From Gemmatimonadota bacterium (GTDB lineage: Bacteria > Gemmatimonadota > Gemmatimonadetes > Longimicrobiales > Gaopeijiaceae), in contig SKJY01000097.1 in NCBI GenBank assembly GCA_007121775.1, forward strand, positions 5,138 to 69,137: a DNA stretch of 64,000 nucleotides, read 5' to 3'. This document shows, in pieces, positions 49,856 to 59,858 of this stretch (position 1 is the first letter of the stretch; the number at the start of each line of letters is the position of its first letter). The translations under genes were made by a program, and so were the position numbers. The notes below the pieces were generated by a model, which had not been told where the DNA came from, did no database searches, and worked only from the letters and a program-made list of their open reading frames with translations.

Positions 49856-51154
49856 ATGCGCACAGAAGCCACCTACCAACGGACCGTGGACCTTGACCAG
49901 AGCGCCCGAGGGGCCACCCCCCTCCCCATTCTCCGGGTCCCCATCGTCTCCGGCCTCGTTCGCGGTCCCCTCGTGGTGGCCCTCCTTCCTCTCCTCATCA
50001 TGGGAGGCACGGTCGTTCTGGACGCACCCCACCTCCACGCCCAGGCCCAGACAGAGGTACAGATGGCGGAGATGAGCGGCGAGGATCGCCCCCGCGCCCG
50101 GGACCTGGGCCTCTCCATCGGCATCTTCTCGCCCGGTGAGGCCAACGCCATCACGGATGTGGAGGGCGTGCTGGTGGGACAGACCACCGTGGTCGAAGGG
50201 GACTCGGTCCGCACTGGAGTCACAGCCATCCTTCCCCACTCCGGCGACCTCTTCCGGGAACGCGTCCCCGCCGCCATCCATGTGGGCAACGGGTTCGGGA
50301 AGCTGGTGGGGGTGACCCAGGTCCGGGAGCTTGGAGAGCTGGAGACTCCCATCCTCCTCACCTGTACCCTCTGCGTGTGGCAGGCCGCCGACGCCATGGT
50401 AGAGTGGCTCCTGGCCCGTCCCGGGATGGAGGGGGTTCGCTCCATCAACCCTCTGGTGGGCGAAACCAACGACGGAGGACTGAATGATATCCGGGCGCGC
50501 CCCATCCGCGCTGAGCACGTGGTTGCGGCGCTGGAGGGGGCCACCACCGGTGCGGTGGAGGAAGGGTCGGTGGGGGCCGGCACGGGAACCCGGGCCTTCG
50601 GATGGAAGGGGGGGATCGGCACATCTTCCCGGGTCCTCCCCGAGTCCCTCGGGGGCTACCGGGTGGGAGTCCTGGTTCAGTCCAACTTCGGAGGGCTCCT
50701 CACCGTGGACGGAGTACGGGTTGGAGAAGCGCTGGGTCGCTACTCATTCCGGGGCGATGTGGAGGCCGACGAGGGTGACGGGTCCATCATGATCGTCATC
50801 GCCACCGACGCCCCCCTCTCGGACCGGAATCTGGAACGCCTTGCGTCAAGGGCCATGATGGGGCTCGCTCGGACCGGATCCTTCGCCGGAAACGGCTCCG
50901 GAGACTACATCGTGGCCTTCTCCACGGCCCCGGAGGTACGGCGAACCCCGGGAGAGGCGCTTCCCACGGTGGCGGACCTGGCCAATTCTGCCACCTCACC
51001 CCTATTCCAGGCGGTGGTGGAGGCCACAGAGGAGGCGGTCCTCAATTCGGTCCTGAAGGCCGAAACCGTCCAGGGCGTCGGAGGTAGCACGGCGGAGGGA
51101 ATCCCCATCACCGAGGTGGTTCGCCTTCTCAGGGAAGCCGGCCGGATCCCCTGA
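49856..51154 (+). CDS. P1 family (DmpA/S58-type) aminopeptidase
   Basis: ...GEANAITDVEGVLVGQTTV...TGVTAILP...GETNDGGLNDI...GSVGAGTGTRAFGWKGGIGTSSR...IVIATDAPL is the Ntn-type self-processing GTxxxG/GGIGT context. Confidence 0.87.
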   Translation: MRTEATYQRTVDLDQSARGATPLPILRVPIVSGLVRGPLVVALLPLLIMGGTVVLDAPHLHAQAQTEVQMAEMSGEDRPRARDLGLSIGIFSPGEANAITDVEGVLVGQTTVVEGDSVRTGVTAILPHSGDLFRERVPAAIHVGNGFGKLVGVTQVRELGELETPILLTCTLCVWQAADAMVEWLLARPGMEGVRSINPLVGETNDGGLNDIRARPIRAEHVVAALEGATTGAVEEGSVGAGTGTRAFGWKGGIGTSSRVLPESLGGYRVGVLVQSNFGGLLTVDGVRVGEALGRYSFRGDVEADEGDGSIMIVIATDAPLSDRNLERLASRAMMGLARTGSFAGNGSGDYIVAFSTAPEVRRTPGEALPTVADLANSATSPLFQAVVEATEEAVLNSVLKAETVQGVGGSTAEGIPITEVVRLLREAGRIP

Positions 51155-51188
51155 CCCACCACCAGTCATGCATGGTGGGCTCGCCCTG

Positions 51189-51734
51189 TCAGCGCCGACC
51201 CGCTCCCGCGGGTGTCCCCAGGAGCGAGAGGATCTCCTCCACGGTGCTTCGGCCCCGGTCCCGGGCGTACCAGCGCCGGACCTCCAGGTAGCGCTCGTCC
51301 ACCGGGAGCTTGAGACCCTCCTCCTTGACCCACCGCTGGAGTTCGGTGGGACGGGGACCCCACCAGCCCACCTCCCGGAAGTCGTCGGTATAGGCAATGA
51401 CCACCGGAATGGACCGAGCCGTCCCATCGGTGAGATGGGCGTCCATGAGATCCGGATTCCCGTCCCGGGAGAAGACGCGGAGTTCCACCTCCGGCATCAT
51501 CTCCGCCAACCTAGCCACCCAGACCAGTGAGTTCACCGCGTCGCCGCACCAGTCTTCCGTAAGCACCGCCAGCTTCCAACTTCCCTCCACGGTCCGGACC
51601 TGCTCCAGAAGATCCATAGGGAGCGCGGCGCGCTCGAAGAGACCGTGCCAGAGGTCCCTGTTCGCCTTCACCTCCCGGAGATATTGGGGGAAGGTGGGGG
51701 CGGCGGCATATCGCTCAGCGGTCATCATGGTCAA
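51189..51734 (-). CDS. Thioredoxin-fold family protein
   Basis: ...WKLAVLTEDWCGDAVNSLVWVARLAE...RSIPVVIAY is a thioredoxin-like fold with WCGD in place of WCxxC. Confidence 0.75.
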   Translation of the reverse strand: MTMMTAERYAAAPTFPQYLREVKANRDLWHGLFERAALPMDLLEQVRTVEGSWKLAVLTEDWCGDAVNSLVWVARLAEMMPEVELRVFSRDGNPDLMDAHLTDGTARSIPVVIAYTDDFREVGWWGPRPTELQRWVKEEGLKLPVDERYLEVRRWYARDRGRSTVEEILSLLGTPAGAGRR

Positions 51735-51777
51735 TCAACTCCATCTGTTCGCAACGAATCCGGGCCAGGAGGCGACC

Positions 51778-53619
51778 TCAACCGGCGGCGGCCTGGGCCT
51801 TCTGTGCCTTCTTCCGGCGATTGGCGTCCAACTCCTTCTTTCGGAGACGGATAGCGTCCGGGGTCACCTCAATGAGCTCGTCATCGTCGATGAATTCGAG
51901 GGCCAGCTCCAACGTCAGGACCCGGGGCGGCTCCAGACGGATGTTGTCGTCGGAGCCGGCGGCCCGCATGTTGGTGAGCTTCTTCCCCTTCCCCACATTC
52001 ACATCCAGATCGCCGGGGCGCACGTGCTCCCCCACGATCATCCCGGTGTAGACCCGGGCTGCCGGACCGATGAACATGCTACCCCGTTCCTGTAGGTTGA
52101 ACAGGGCATAGGCCAGTGCCTCCGTCTCCCGGTCCGCCACCAGCACCCCCTTCCTGCGGCCCTGGATCGGGCCCGCGTGGGGGGCATACTCCAGGAAGTG
52201 GTGGTTCAGAACCCCCTCCCCACGGGTGTCGGTGAGGAATTCGGAACGGTACCCGAAGAGTCCCCGGGCCGGGATACGGAATACAAGGCGGGTGGTGCCG
52301 GTGCCGGTGGCCCGCATGTCTCGCATCTCTCCCCGCCGGGGCCCGAGGCGCTCCATCACGGTCCCGACCATATCATCAGGGACATCGATGAGTACCTCCT
52401 CGTAGGGCTCCAAGCGGGTGCCGTCCGGCCCCCGCTTCTCGATCACCCGGGGCCGCGACACCTGGAACTCGTATCCCTCTCGGCGCATGGTCTCCATGAG
52501 GATGGAGAGGTGGAGTTCGCCCCGCCCCGATACCGAAAAGGTGTCGGTCTGGTCGGTGTCCTCAACCCGGAGTGCCACATTCCGCTCCAACTCCCGCATG
52601 AGGCGGTCTCGGAGCTGGCGGGTTGTGACGAACTTCCCCACCTGCCCGGCAAAGGGGGAGTTGTTCACGGTGAAATCCACCGAAAGGGTGGGCTCTTCCA
52701 CCTGGATCCCCCGAAGTCGCTCCCGGTGCAGGGGATCGGTGAGGGTCTGGCCGATCTCCACCTCCTCGATCCCGGAGAGGGCCACAATGTCCCCGGCTTC
52801 GACCTCGTTGACCTCAACCCGCTCGAGCCCCTGGAAGGAAAAGAGCTTGGTCACCCGGGCCCGACGGCTCTCCGCCTCCGCCACCGGTCCCGGCTCGCCG
52901 AAGGGGAGGAGCGCGACGGAATCGCCCTTGGCGACGCGCCCCCGCTCCACCCGACCGATGGCAATCCGCCCCACATAGCTGGAGTGATCCAGGGTGGAGA
53001 CCAGCATCTGGAACGGGCCGGCAGCATCTGCAGTGGGAGCGGGAACGTACTCCAGAATAGCGTCGAACAGGGGACCCAGCGAATCACCCCTCACCCCCGG
53101 CTCTGTCGCCGCCCACCCGTCCAGCCCCGAGGCATACAGGAAGGGGGCGTCAAGCTGCCGGTCCGAGGCCTCAAGCTCCATGAAGAGCTCCAGAACCTCA
53201 TCGTAGACCTCCTGGGGACGACTGGCGTCCCGGTCCACCTTGTTGATGACCACCACTGGCATGTGGCCCAGCTCCAGCGCCTTCCGGGTGACGAACCGGG
53301 TCTGGGGCATGGGCCCCTCAACGGCGTCCACCAACAGGAGAACGCCGTCGACCATCCGGAGAATTCGCTCTACCTCGCCACCGAAGTCAGCGTGTCCCGG
53401 AGTATCGACGATGTTGATCTTCACGTCGCCCCACCGAACCGCCGTATTCTTGGACAGGATGGTGATCCCCCGCTCCCGCTCAAGGGGATTGGAGTCCATG
53501 ATCCGCTCCTGGACCTCCTGGTTGTCCCGGAAGACCCCGGCTTGGCGGAGCATCTTGTCCACCAGAGTGGTCTTGCCGTGGTCCACGTGGGCGATGATGG
53601 CGATGTTTCGAATATCCAT
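51778..53619 (-). CDS. typA: Translational GTPase TypA/BipA
   Basis: [28 protein letters not shown]...[18 protein letters not shown]...VVINKVDR, followed by EF-G-like domains and the BipA C-terminal domain. Start at cat 53617-53619. Confidence 0.96.
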   Translation of the reverse strand: MDIRNIAIIAHVDHGKTTLVDKMLRQAGVFRDNQEVQERIMDSNPLERERGITILSKNTAVRWGDVKINIVDTPGHADFGGEVERILRMVDGVLLLVDAVEGPMPQTRFVTRKALELGHMPVVVINKVDRDASRPQEVYDEVLELFMELEASDRQLDAPFLYASGLDGWAATEPGVRGDSLGPLFDAILEYVPAPTADAAGPFQMLVSTLDHSSYVGRIAIGRVERGRVAKGDSVALLPFGEPGPVAEAESRRARVTKLFSFQGLERVEVNEVEAGDIVALSGIEEVEIGQTLTDPLHRERLRGIQVEEPTLSVDFTVNNSPFAGQVGKFVTTRQLRDRLMRELERNVALRVEDTDQTDTFSVSGRGELHLSILMETMRREGYEFQVSRPRVIEKRGPDGTRLEPYEEVLIDVPDDMVGTVMERLGPRRGEMRDMRATGTGTTRLVFRIPARGLFGYRSEFLTDTRGEGVLNHHFLEYAPHAGPIQGRRKGVLVADRETEALAYALFNLQERGSMFIGPAARVYTGMIVGEHVRPGDLDVNVGKGKKLTNMRAAGSDDNIRLEPPRVLTLELALEFIDDDELIEVTPDAIRLRKKELDANRRKKAQKAQAAAG

Positions 53620-53913
53620 ATGACTAACAGGCGCGGCGCGGGCCGGGGGAGGTGGACTCGGAGCCAAAAAGCGTCCGGAGCGTAGCCATTTATAGTAACC
53701 CCGAAGAACCAAAAAAGGCACCCGATCTACACCGGCCGGCCCACGGGAGCGAACCCATCGCCAGGTCCATGGATACCAGGCATTGGACTCCGCCCTCTAC
53801 CTCTGTCATCTTTGGTGCCAGCGGCGGAAGGGCTCCGGACGGCCCCACCGCCTCGGCGGGACGGTGGCTCAGCCTCCGGGTCCCGGTCTCATCCGTCCGG
53901 GCAAGGACGCACC

Positions 53914-54249
53914 ATGGCCATCAGTGACAATCCCATGCCGCCCCAACTCCTCGAGATGGTGGCAGATCGCTTCAAGGCCCTCTCGGAACCGGCCAGGCTC
54001 TGTATCCTGGACACGCTCCGGCGAGGCGAATCCACCGTGGGGGAACTGGCTGAGCGAACCGGACTCCACCCGGCCAATGTGTCCAAGCATCTCCAGCTCC
54101 TGCACCAGAACGGCTTCGTGGAGCGGCGCAAGGAGGGTCTCTACGTCCACTACAGCCTCTCCGATGAGCGGGTGAATGCCCTCTGCGACATGATGTGCGG
54201 GAAGATCCAGGAGGAAGCCGAAGCCCAGCGGAAGGTGTTCGAGGGCTGA
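53914..54249 (+). CDS. ArsR/SmtB-family transcriptional regulator
   Basis: ...FKALSEPARLCILDTLRRGESTVGELAERTGLHPANVSKHLQLLHQNGFVERRKEGLYVHYSL is a winged HTH. Monocistronic, with a convergent downstream gene. Confidence 0.9.
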   Translation: MAISDNPMPPQLLEMVADRFKALSEPARLCILDTLRRGESTVGELAERTGLHPANVSKHLQLLHQNGFVERRKEGLYVHYSLSDERVNALCDMMCGKIQEEAEAQRKVFEG

Positions 54250-54360
54250 TCGTACGCCTCGGGCCGGCCGGCTGCGAGGAGTTGGAACCGCTTAGGAGTC
54301 TCGGGTCCAGAGGCTGTTGGGGGCAAGGCGGATCCGGACACCGCCCCGCCCCCGGCCACC

Positions 54361-55521
54361 TCAGCGAGCCGCGGTGGACCCTTCGTGGCCCCAGGGAGCC
54401 AGCGGCTCCGACACCGGAGTGGTTAGGTCGAAGTCGATCCGGTAGTTCCACTGGCCATCCCGGATCGTGCCGTAGGTGTAGCGCTCTCCCGGTACGATCT
54501 CAATGGCCCATCCCGAGGGGACCTCCCCGTCTCCGGCCCGGATGAACTCCTGGCGGTTGGCCGTGCCGGTACCAGGGGTATGGGCGCCGTACCAGGTGCT
54601 GGGCTCCGGCGATCCGTCCTCGTGACGATGGTCGTGGCGCAGATCGATCCCCGCGGTGGTGCGTGTCAGGAGCCAGGTTCTGGACCGGTTGTCATCCACA
54701 TGGAAGGGAAGTGCGAGTCGGTTCTCCCCACACCCCCGGAAGTGCACGGTCATGACCTCGTCCCCCTCGAAGATCTGGTCCGGATCCGGCCGCTCCACCA
54801 GGCGTCCCTCGAAGGCCTGTCCACAGTGGGCGGCGAGATTCGCCCAGAACTCCTCCTGAGCCGGGGCCAGCGAGGCCACCTCGCCCAGGGACGGGTGCCC
54901 CCAGGGCTCCAGATCCCACTGGACCGGCTCCGTCAGATCGAAGTCGAACCGGTGCCGCCACTCCCCGTCGCGCTGGGTGCCGTACGTGTACCGCTCGCCC
55001 GGGATGATCTCCACCCGCCAACCGGTCACCAGGCCATCGTCACGGACCCGCTTGAACTCGTGGGCATTGGCTGAGGGCGCCTCCACGGCCACCGGTGGGG
55101 CAGCCACGAAGGACCCGTAGAAGGTGTTGGGCTCCGGCGTCCCATCCGGGTAGCGGTGGTCGTGGCGCAGATCCACCCCTTCCCCCGTGCGGGTGAAGAT
55201 CCACGTACGGGACGCATTGTCCCCTGCGTAGACCGGTACCCGGACCTCTTCCTCAGAACACTCCCGGAAGGTGAGGGTGAGTTCGAGCCCGGGGGAGAAG
55301 TACGGATCTCCATCGGGCGCCGCATTCACCACTCCGGGAAAGGACTCGCCGCAGTGGACCGACAGGTTGGCCAGGAAGGCGGCGTGCACATCCGCCTCCC
55401 CGACGGCACCCGCCGTTTCCGAGCCGGCCGCACCATTGGACTCCCCCGCCGGATCGCATCCGGCCAGGGCGGCAAGGGCCAATGCACCGGTAAACAGGAC
55501 TCCCCCCTTTGAATTCACCAC
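54361..55521 (-). CDS. Lipoprotein built from two tandem copies of an uncharacterised ~170-aa domain
   Basis: GTG start at 55521, 7 nt after GGAGG. Lipobox ALAALAGC. Both halves share HCG..F.G, F(R)xC, SRTW, DLRHDHR..DG.PEP, GW..EI.PGERYTYGT.RDG.W..R.DFDLT.PV....PWGH. Confidence 0.7.
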   Translation of the reverse strand: MVNSKGGVLFTGALALAALAGCDPAGESNGAAGSETAGAVGEADVHAAFLANLSVHCGESFPGVVNAAPDGDPYFSPGLELTLTFRECSEEEVRVPVYAGDNASRTWIFTRTGEGVDLRHDHRYPDGTPEPNTFYGSFVAAPPVAVEAPSANAHEFKRVRDDGLVTGWRVEIIPGERYTYGTQRDGEWRHRFDFDLTEPVQWDLEPWGHPSLGEVASLAPAQEEFWANLAAHCGQAFEGRLVERPDPDQIFEGDEVMTVHFRGCGENRLALPFHVDDNRSRTWLLTRTTAGIDLRHDHRHEDGSPEPSTWYGAHTPGTGTANRQEFIRAGDGEVPSGWAIEIVPGERYTYGTIRDGQWNYRIDFDLTTPVSEPLAPWGHEGSTAAR

Positions 55522-55654
55522 TCTCCAACCTCCTTCCTGCTCAGGAAACTTGTTGGAGGGTCCGGGGAAACTGCTCCATCGATGGAACAGGTCCCTCAGC
55601 CCCCCGTGTGGGCACCTCGCCTGCACCTACACCCCTTGTCGGACCCGGCGGGAA

Positions 55655-57289
55655 TCAGGACCCAGTCCAGCGATCCGGGGCCTCGTCACGCCAATCCCGG
55701 GGGTTGCCGAATGGGTAGAAATCCGAGGCCCGGGTATTCCGGTAGTCCAGCGCCTCCAGCCGAGTGGTCCCGAACCAATCCCCGGGGCCGTCCACGATGA
55801 TGATGGTGGGCGCATAACCCGTCTCATCGAAGCCTCGCCGGAAGTGCACCCGGGTCTTGAGGACGAACACATCGAAGTCATCGGGTTCGATGGGTCCGAA
55901 ACGCATCTGACCGGGAGCCGTATTCTGCTGATAGGCCGGAGCCAGGATGAGAACGCTCCCATATCCGTGGGCGATGGCCGCCACCCGGTCGTAGCCGAAG
56001 CGCTGGCCCCTCCAGATCAGCTCACCCTGGATGCGGACCGGCTCCCCCGCCTGTTCCCCCGTGTATCCACCAACCTCTCGATCGAAGGGGGCGCCAGGCT
56101 GGAGATCCTCTTCCCAGATCCAGTCCAGGGCCGGCTCGTCGGTCAGGGCGGAGTAGAGCACCCGGGGTACATTCCGGTCCACCAACTCCCGCAGGGTCCA
56201 GGTAGCGTCTCCCGGACGATCCCAGTAATCCGCCAGCACCACCGGAGTCGCGCCGGTCCGGATGGCCTCTTCCGCCATGGCCACCGCCTCCGCCGGCAGA
56301 GGGAACTCCCCTGTGGCCCAATCCGAGCGGACCCGCCAGATGAATTCCGCCATGTCGTCGGCAATGGCGTCGGCCAACTCCTGATCATCGTTGGTCATGA
56401 CGTGGATGGAGGTGCCCAGGTTCGGCACATCCGACCAGGGGAACCCCAGGAACACATTGACCACCGCGCCCGGCTCCCGGTCTTCCCAGCGTCGCGCCCG
56501 CTCCATCACATCCATGAGCGGAGACTGCCCGGTCCACTGCAGGACGGTGGCGGTGAGGATGGGAGGGCGCCGCACCGCCGTGGTGGGGCGGTACGTTCCC
56601 CGGATCACGGACCGGATGTAGCGGGCGGCTCGCTCTCCCTGGAGCCAAGCGTCATAGTGGGGGAAGCGCTTGGTGACGAAGGAGCCGTCGGCCCACCGGA
56701 GAAACTCTCCGTCCTCATTCCCGTGGAGGTCGAAGGTGGCCACGATGGGCACGTCGGGCCCCACCACCTCTCGGAAGCGGCGAGCCATCTCCGCCTCCGG
56801 CCTGGGAATGTTCCGAACCGCCATGGCTCCATGCACAGAGAGGAAGACCCCGTCCACGGGAAGTGCCGCCTCCAACTCCTCCAGCATCTGGCCTACGAAG
56901 TGATCGAAAACCTCCTCCTGGTTCCAGGTCCGGGAGGTACCACCGAAGACGCCCCGGGGTGAGGTCAGCCCTACGAGTTCCACGTCACCGAATTCCCGGG
57001 CCTGGTCCACGAATCCACCGACGTACCCCCCGGTATCGAGGAGCTCGTCACCGGTCAGGGGCGGTCCCATCCGAGTCCAGTCCTCGATCCCAGGATCTTC
57101 GCCAGGGCAGAAGGTGCAGGTTTCGTGGGAGAACCTTGCCACGGCAATCCGCATGGTCCCTTCCCCGTCACCGCCTCCAAGAGCCGGGGGTGAATTTGCT
57201 TCAGCGGAGGGCTCGCAACCCAGAAGAGCAGGGATCAAAAAGAGGAGGGAGAACGCCGTGATTACGGCGGGGCGGCGTGGACGCATCAC
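55655..57289 (-). CDS. M81-family metallopeptidase (MlrC-like), lipoprotein
   Basis: Lipobox IPALLGC. The body RIAVARFSHETCTF...VDGVFLSVHGAMAV...FDLHGNE... carries MlrC N- and C-domain signatures. Confidence 0.87.
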   Translation of the reverse strand: MMRPRRPAVITAFSLLFLIPALLGCEPSAEANSPPALGGGDGEGTMRIAVARFSHETCTFCPGEDPGIEDWTRMGPPLTGDELLDTGGYVGGFVDQAREFGDVELVGLTSPRGVFGGTSRTWNQEEVFDHFVGQMLEELEAALPVDGVFLSVHGAMAVRNIPRPEAEMARRFREVVGPDVPIVATFDLHGNEDGEFLRWADGSFVTKRFPHYDAWLQGERAARYIRSVIRGTYRPTTAVRRPPILTATVLQWTGQSPLMDVMERARRWEDREPGAVVNVFLGFPWSDVPNLGTSIHVMTNDDQELADAIADDMAEFIWRVRSDWATGEFPLPAEAVAMAEEAIRTGATPVVLADYWDRPGDATWTLRELVDRNVPRVLYSALTDEPALDWIWEEDLQPGAPFDREVGGYTGEQAGEPVRIQGELIWRGQRFGYDRVAAIAHGYGSVLILAPAYQQNTAPGQMRFGPIEPDDFDVFVLKTRVHFRRGFDETGYAPTIIIVDGPGDWFGTTRLEALDYRNTRASDFYPFGNPRDWRDEAPDRWTGS

Positions 57290-57369
57290 AGACTCCGGGC
57301 TCCAGGGGGAAACGTAAGAAGTCGGGGATCAAGGTCCCAATGGACGGTGCCCATGGTCTTCTGGCAAGT

Positions 57370-58338
57370 TCACGCTTGGAGGGCCTCCCGGATCCACTTC
57401 GCCGCCTCCCCCTCCGCCCGCGCTTCCCCACCATATCCCAGGACGTGGCGGATCAACCAATCCCGGTTCACCACCGGGTGCACCACCCGGTAGCTACCGT
57501 CGGCGAGGCTCTCCCCCGGGTACCTCTCCTCGATCCAACGAGCGATCCTGGGTGAGTAGACCACCCCAACAGGCTCGGGAGGCGCCTCATCCGGACCCTG
57601 GAAGAAGAGACGGGCCTCGCGGGCGTAATCCTGGGGGTCGAAATCCTCGGGGACCTGAAACCGCTCGTCGGTAATCGCGATCCGAAGGATTCTGTCCATA
57701 CGGAAGGCTCGCATCCCGTCCGCGTCCGGGTCCCGTCCCAGGAGATACCACGATCCCTCCGCATGAACGGTGGCGTAGGGCGCCAGCCGGCGGTACTCGG
57801 GTGCCTCGGCTTCAGGCTTGAGGTAATCCAGATCTAGGGCCCGACCCTGGGCCATGGCATCCAGGGCCAGATCCCGGAACTCCACATCCGGCTCGGAAAG
57901 GGAGGCATCGAAGACCGGGGGCGGCTCCGCCGACTCCGGGGCAGACTCCATGAGGATGCCATGGATTCGCTCCAGAACCCGGTGGAATCTCTCCTCGTCC
58001 AACTCCCCGGGCGCTGCAGCACGACTTCGTATGCCCAGCACGACGGCCGCCGCCTCCGCCCGGGACAGCCTGGGTGGCCGGCGGAATGGGCCGGGGGTCC
58101 AGATCCGGAGCCGATCCTGCCCCGGCTGCCACTCCACCTGAAGCGACCCCGGGGTTCCGGCCGTGAGATTCATCTCACGCTCCGTCAGAAGCTGTATGTC
58201 ACGCTGCAGGGTTCGCGGTGCCACCTCCAGGATCCGGCAGAGTTCGGAGATCCGGACGCCCTCCGGTCGTTGCGCCGCCGGGATCAGGTAGAGCAGGCGT
58301 TCCAGTCGCGTCCGGGCGCCCTCGGCCCCGCGGCTCAC
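57370..58338 (-). CDS. HTH-WYL-WCX transcriptional regulator (PafC-like)
   Basis: N-terminal wHTH (RLERLLYLIPAAQRPEGVRISELCRILEVAPRTLQRDIQLL) and WYL core (RRLAPYATVHAEGSWYLLGRDPDADGMRAFRMDRI). The GTG start overlaps the upstream paralog's stop as GTGA. Confidence 0.85.
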   Translation of the reverse strand: MSRGAEGARTRLERLLYLIPAAQRPEGVRISELCRILEVAPRTLQRDIQLLTEREMNLTAGTPGSLQVEWQPGQDRLRIWTPGPFRRPPRLSRAEAAAVVLGIRSRAAAPGELDEERFHRVLERIHGILMESAPESAEPPPVFDASLSEPDVEFRDLALDAMAQGRALDLDYLKPEAEAPEYRRLAPYATVHAEGSWYLLGRDPDADGMRAFRMDRILRIAITDERFQVPEDFDPQDYAREARLFFQGPDEAPPEPVGVVYSPRIARWIEERYPGESLADGSYRVVHPVVNRDWLIRHVLGYGGEARAEGEAAKWIREALQA

Positions 58339-59468
58339 CGGTGCACCTCGAGAACCCGTTGCCGCATGGCCTCAGCCGCCTCGGTGAGAGATCTAGGGGC
58401 CACGATACGAGCACGCCCTCCATGACTCAGGATCCAGCGCAGGAAGGGACCTGGGCTCCGCACCTGGAAGCGCCGCAGAGCGAACGCTCTGGCACCGGCA
58501 CCCTCGGAGAGCACCCCGGGCAGGTTGTCTCGGGAAGCCGTCTCGTACCCCTCGCCGGATTCCACAGGCTCACCCCACCGGTTCCGCTCCGCCAGCAGGG
58601 AGAGGGGCGCGCGGAACAGCACATCCACCTCTTCCACCTCGGCCTCTCCCAGTTCCCAAGGGTCTCTCCGCCGAAGATGGTCCATGGAGTAGTCCGCCGG
58701 GATCTCGAAAGCCGGAACCGGCGAGGATCCATCCCGGTGCACCTGGGACATCCGGTCAACCCGAAAGAGACGCTCCGCCCCACGCGACGGATCCCATGCC
58801 ACCAGATACCACCGGGACCCCTGGTAAAGCAGACCTCGCGGGTGGACGGACCGCTCCTCCCGGCGATCGGCGCCGATGGTGTAGTACTCGAAACCCAGCG
58901 GACGCCGCTCTTCCAGTGACGCGGTGATCTCCTCCAGCGTCTCCCGGACATGGTGTGGGTCGAAGGGAGGCAGGTGCACAACGCGGTACTCATCGTCCCC
59001 GGTCGCCTCCGCCAGATCGAACGTCAACTTCCGGAGAGCGGCTCGGGCTTCACGACGAAGGGGAAACCCCGGAAGCTCCACGACGCTCCTGAGGCCGTCC
59101 ACCACCATGCGCAGATCAGCAGGAGAGAACCAGATGGATGAAGTCCGCTGCGTAGACACAGCCTCGGTTCCCTCCACGATTTCCAGTACCGGCAGGTAGA
59201 AATCCCGGTCCCGGAGAGAGTAGAGGGACTCCTCACTCGCGTCTTTCGTCTCCACCTTCAGGGGAACGCCCAAGCTCCGGAGTTCCCTCTTGTCCCGCTC
59301 GAACTTCCTGCGAACCGAGTCCCTGTCCAACGGCGTGCCGTCGACCCAGGAGTCCCTGTAGCCCGGGAGTTGCGATAGAAGCTCGGCCCCGGAGACGGGA
59401 AAGCGGCGGGTGGACAGAAACGCCAGGAGATCCAGTAAACGCGCCACCTTGGAGGGTTGCGAACTCAT
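58335..59468 (-). CDS. HTH-WYL-WCX transcriptional regulator (PafB-like)
   Basis: MSSQPSKVARLLDLLAFLSTRRFPVSGAELLSQLP... and WYL core (RSVHPRGLLYQGSRWYLVAWDPSRGAERLFRVDRM). Start at cat 59466-59468. Confidence 0.85.
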   Translation of the reverse strand: MSSQPSKVARLLDLLAFLSTRRFPVSGAELLSQLPGYRDSWVDGTPLDRDSVRRKFERDKRELRSLGVPLKVETKDASEESLYSLRDRDFYLPVLEIVEGTEAVSTQRTSSIWFSPADLRMVVDGLRSVVELPGFPLRREARAALRKLTFDLAEATGDDEYRVVHLPPFDPHHVRETLEEITASLEERRPLGFEYYTIGADRREERSVHPRGLLYQGSRWYLVAWDPSRGAERLFRVDRMSQVHRDGSSPVPAFEIPADYSMDHLRRRDPWELGEAEVEEVDVLFRAPLSLLAERNRWGEPVESGEGYETASRDNLPGVLSEGAGARAFALRRFQVRSPGPFLRWILSHGGRARIVAPRSLTEAAEAMRQRVLEVHR

Positions 59469-59858
59469 GGAGTGTACCGGGTTCGTGGGGATGGCTCCAA
59501 CTCCGCTGCGGGGAACCTGCGGCCAAGTATAGAGACTCGGTTTCCCCACGTCACCCCGCGTTCCAAGGCGAATTCTGCAGAGTGGCGGACCAGCGCTCAC
59601 CCGACGGGACATTCTGTCCTGCCCGGGGACGGTTTGCGATAATGCGCTCGTCGGAATATCCTGTAACGCCTTGAGGATCCCTACTCGGACAGCCATTATG
59701 GCCAATCGCGTGGGGGTTCGTCTTCAGGCACGGAACTGGCAGAAGGGTGTTCGTCATCAAAGTCGCTTTTGGAACCGGCACCGATCATCCGCCTAAGCTA
59801 TCCATGCCCCTTATCCCCACAAGTTCACCCCATCCGCCTTCATCATCGAGGTAACTTC

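Noticed and set aside
51153-51178. cccacca-N11-tggtggg hairpin between the convergent peptidase and thioredoxin-like genes, considered as a terminator.
   Set aside because: The stem is only 7 bp, it overlaps the peptidase stop codon, and there is no U tract.
53688-53694. TATAAAT box about 70 nt upstream of typA as a -10 element.
   Set aside because: There is no convincing -35 at proper spacing (TTGGTT lies only 12 nt away). The promoter consensus for this lineage is unknown, so this is too speculative to list as a feature.
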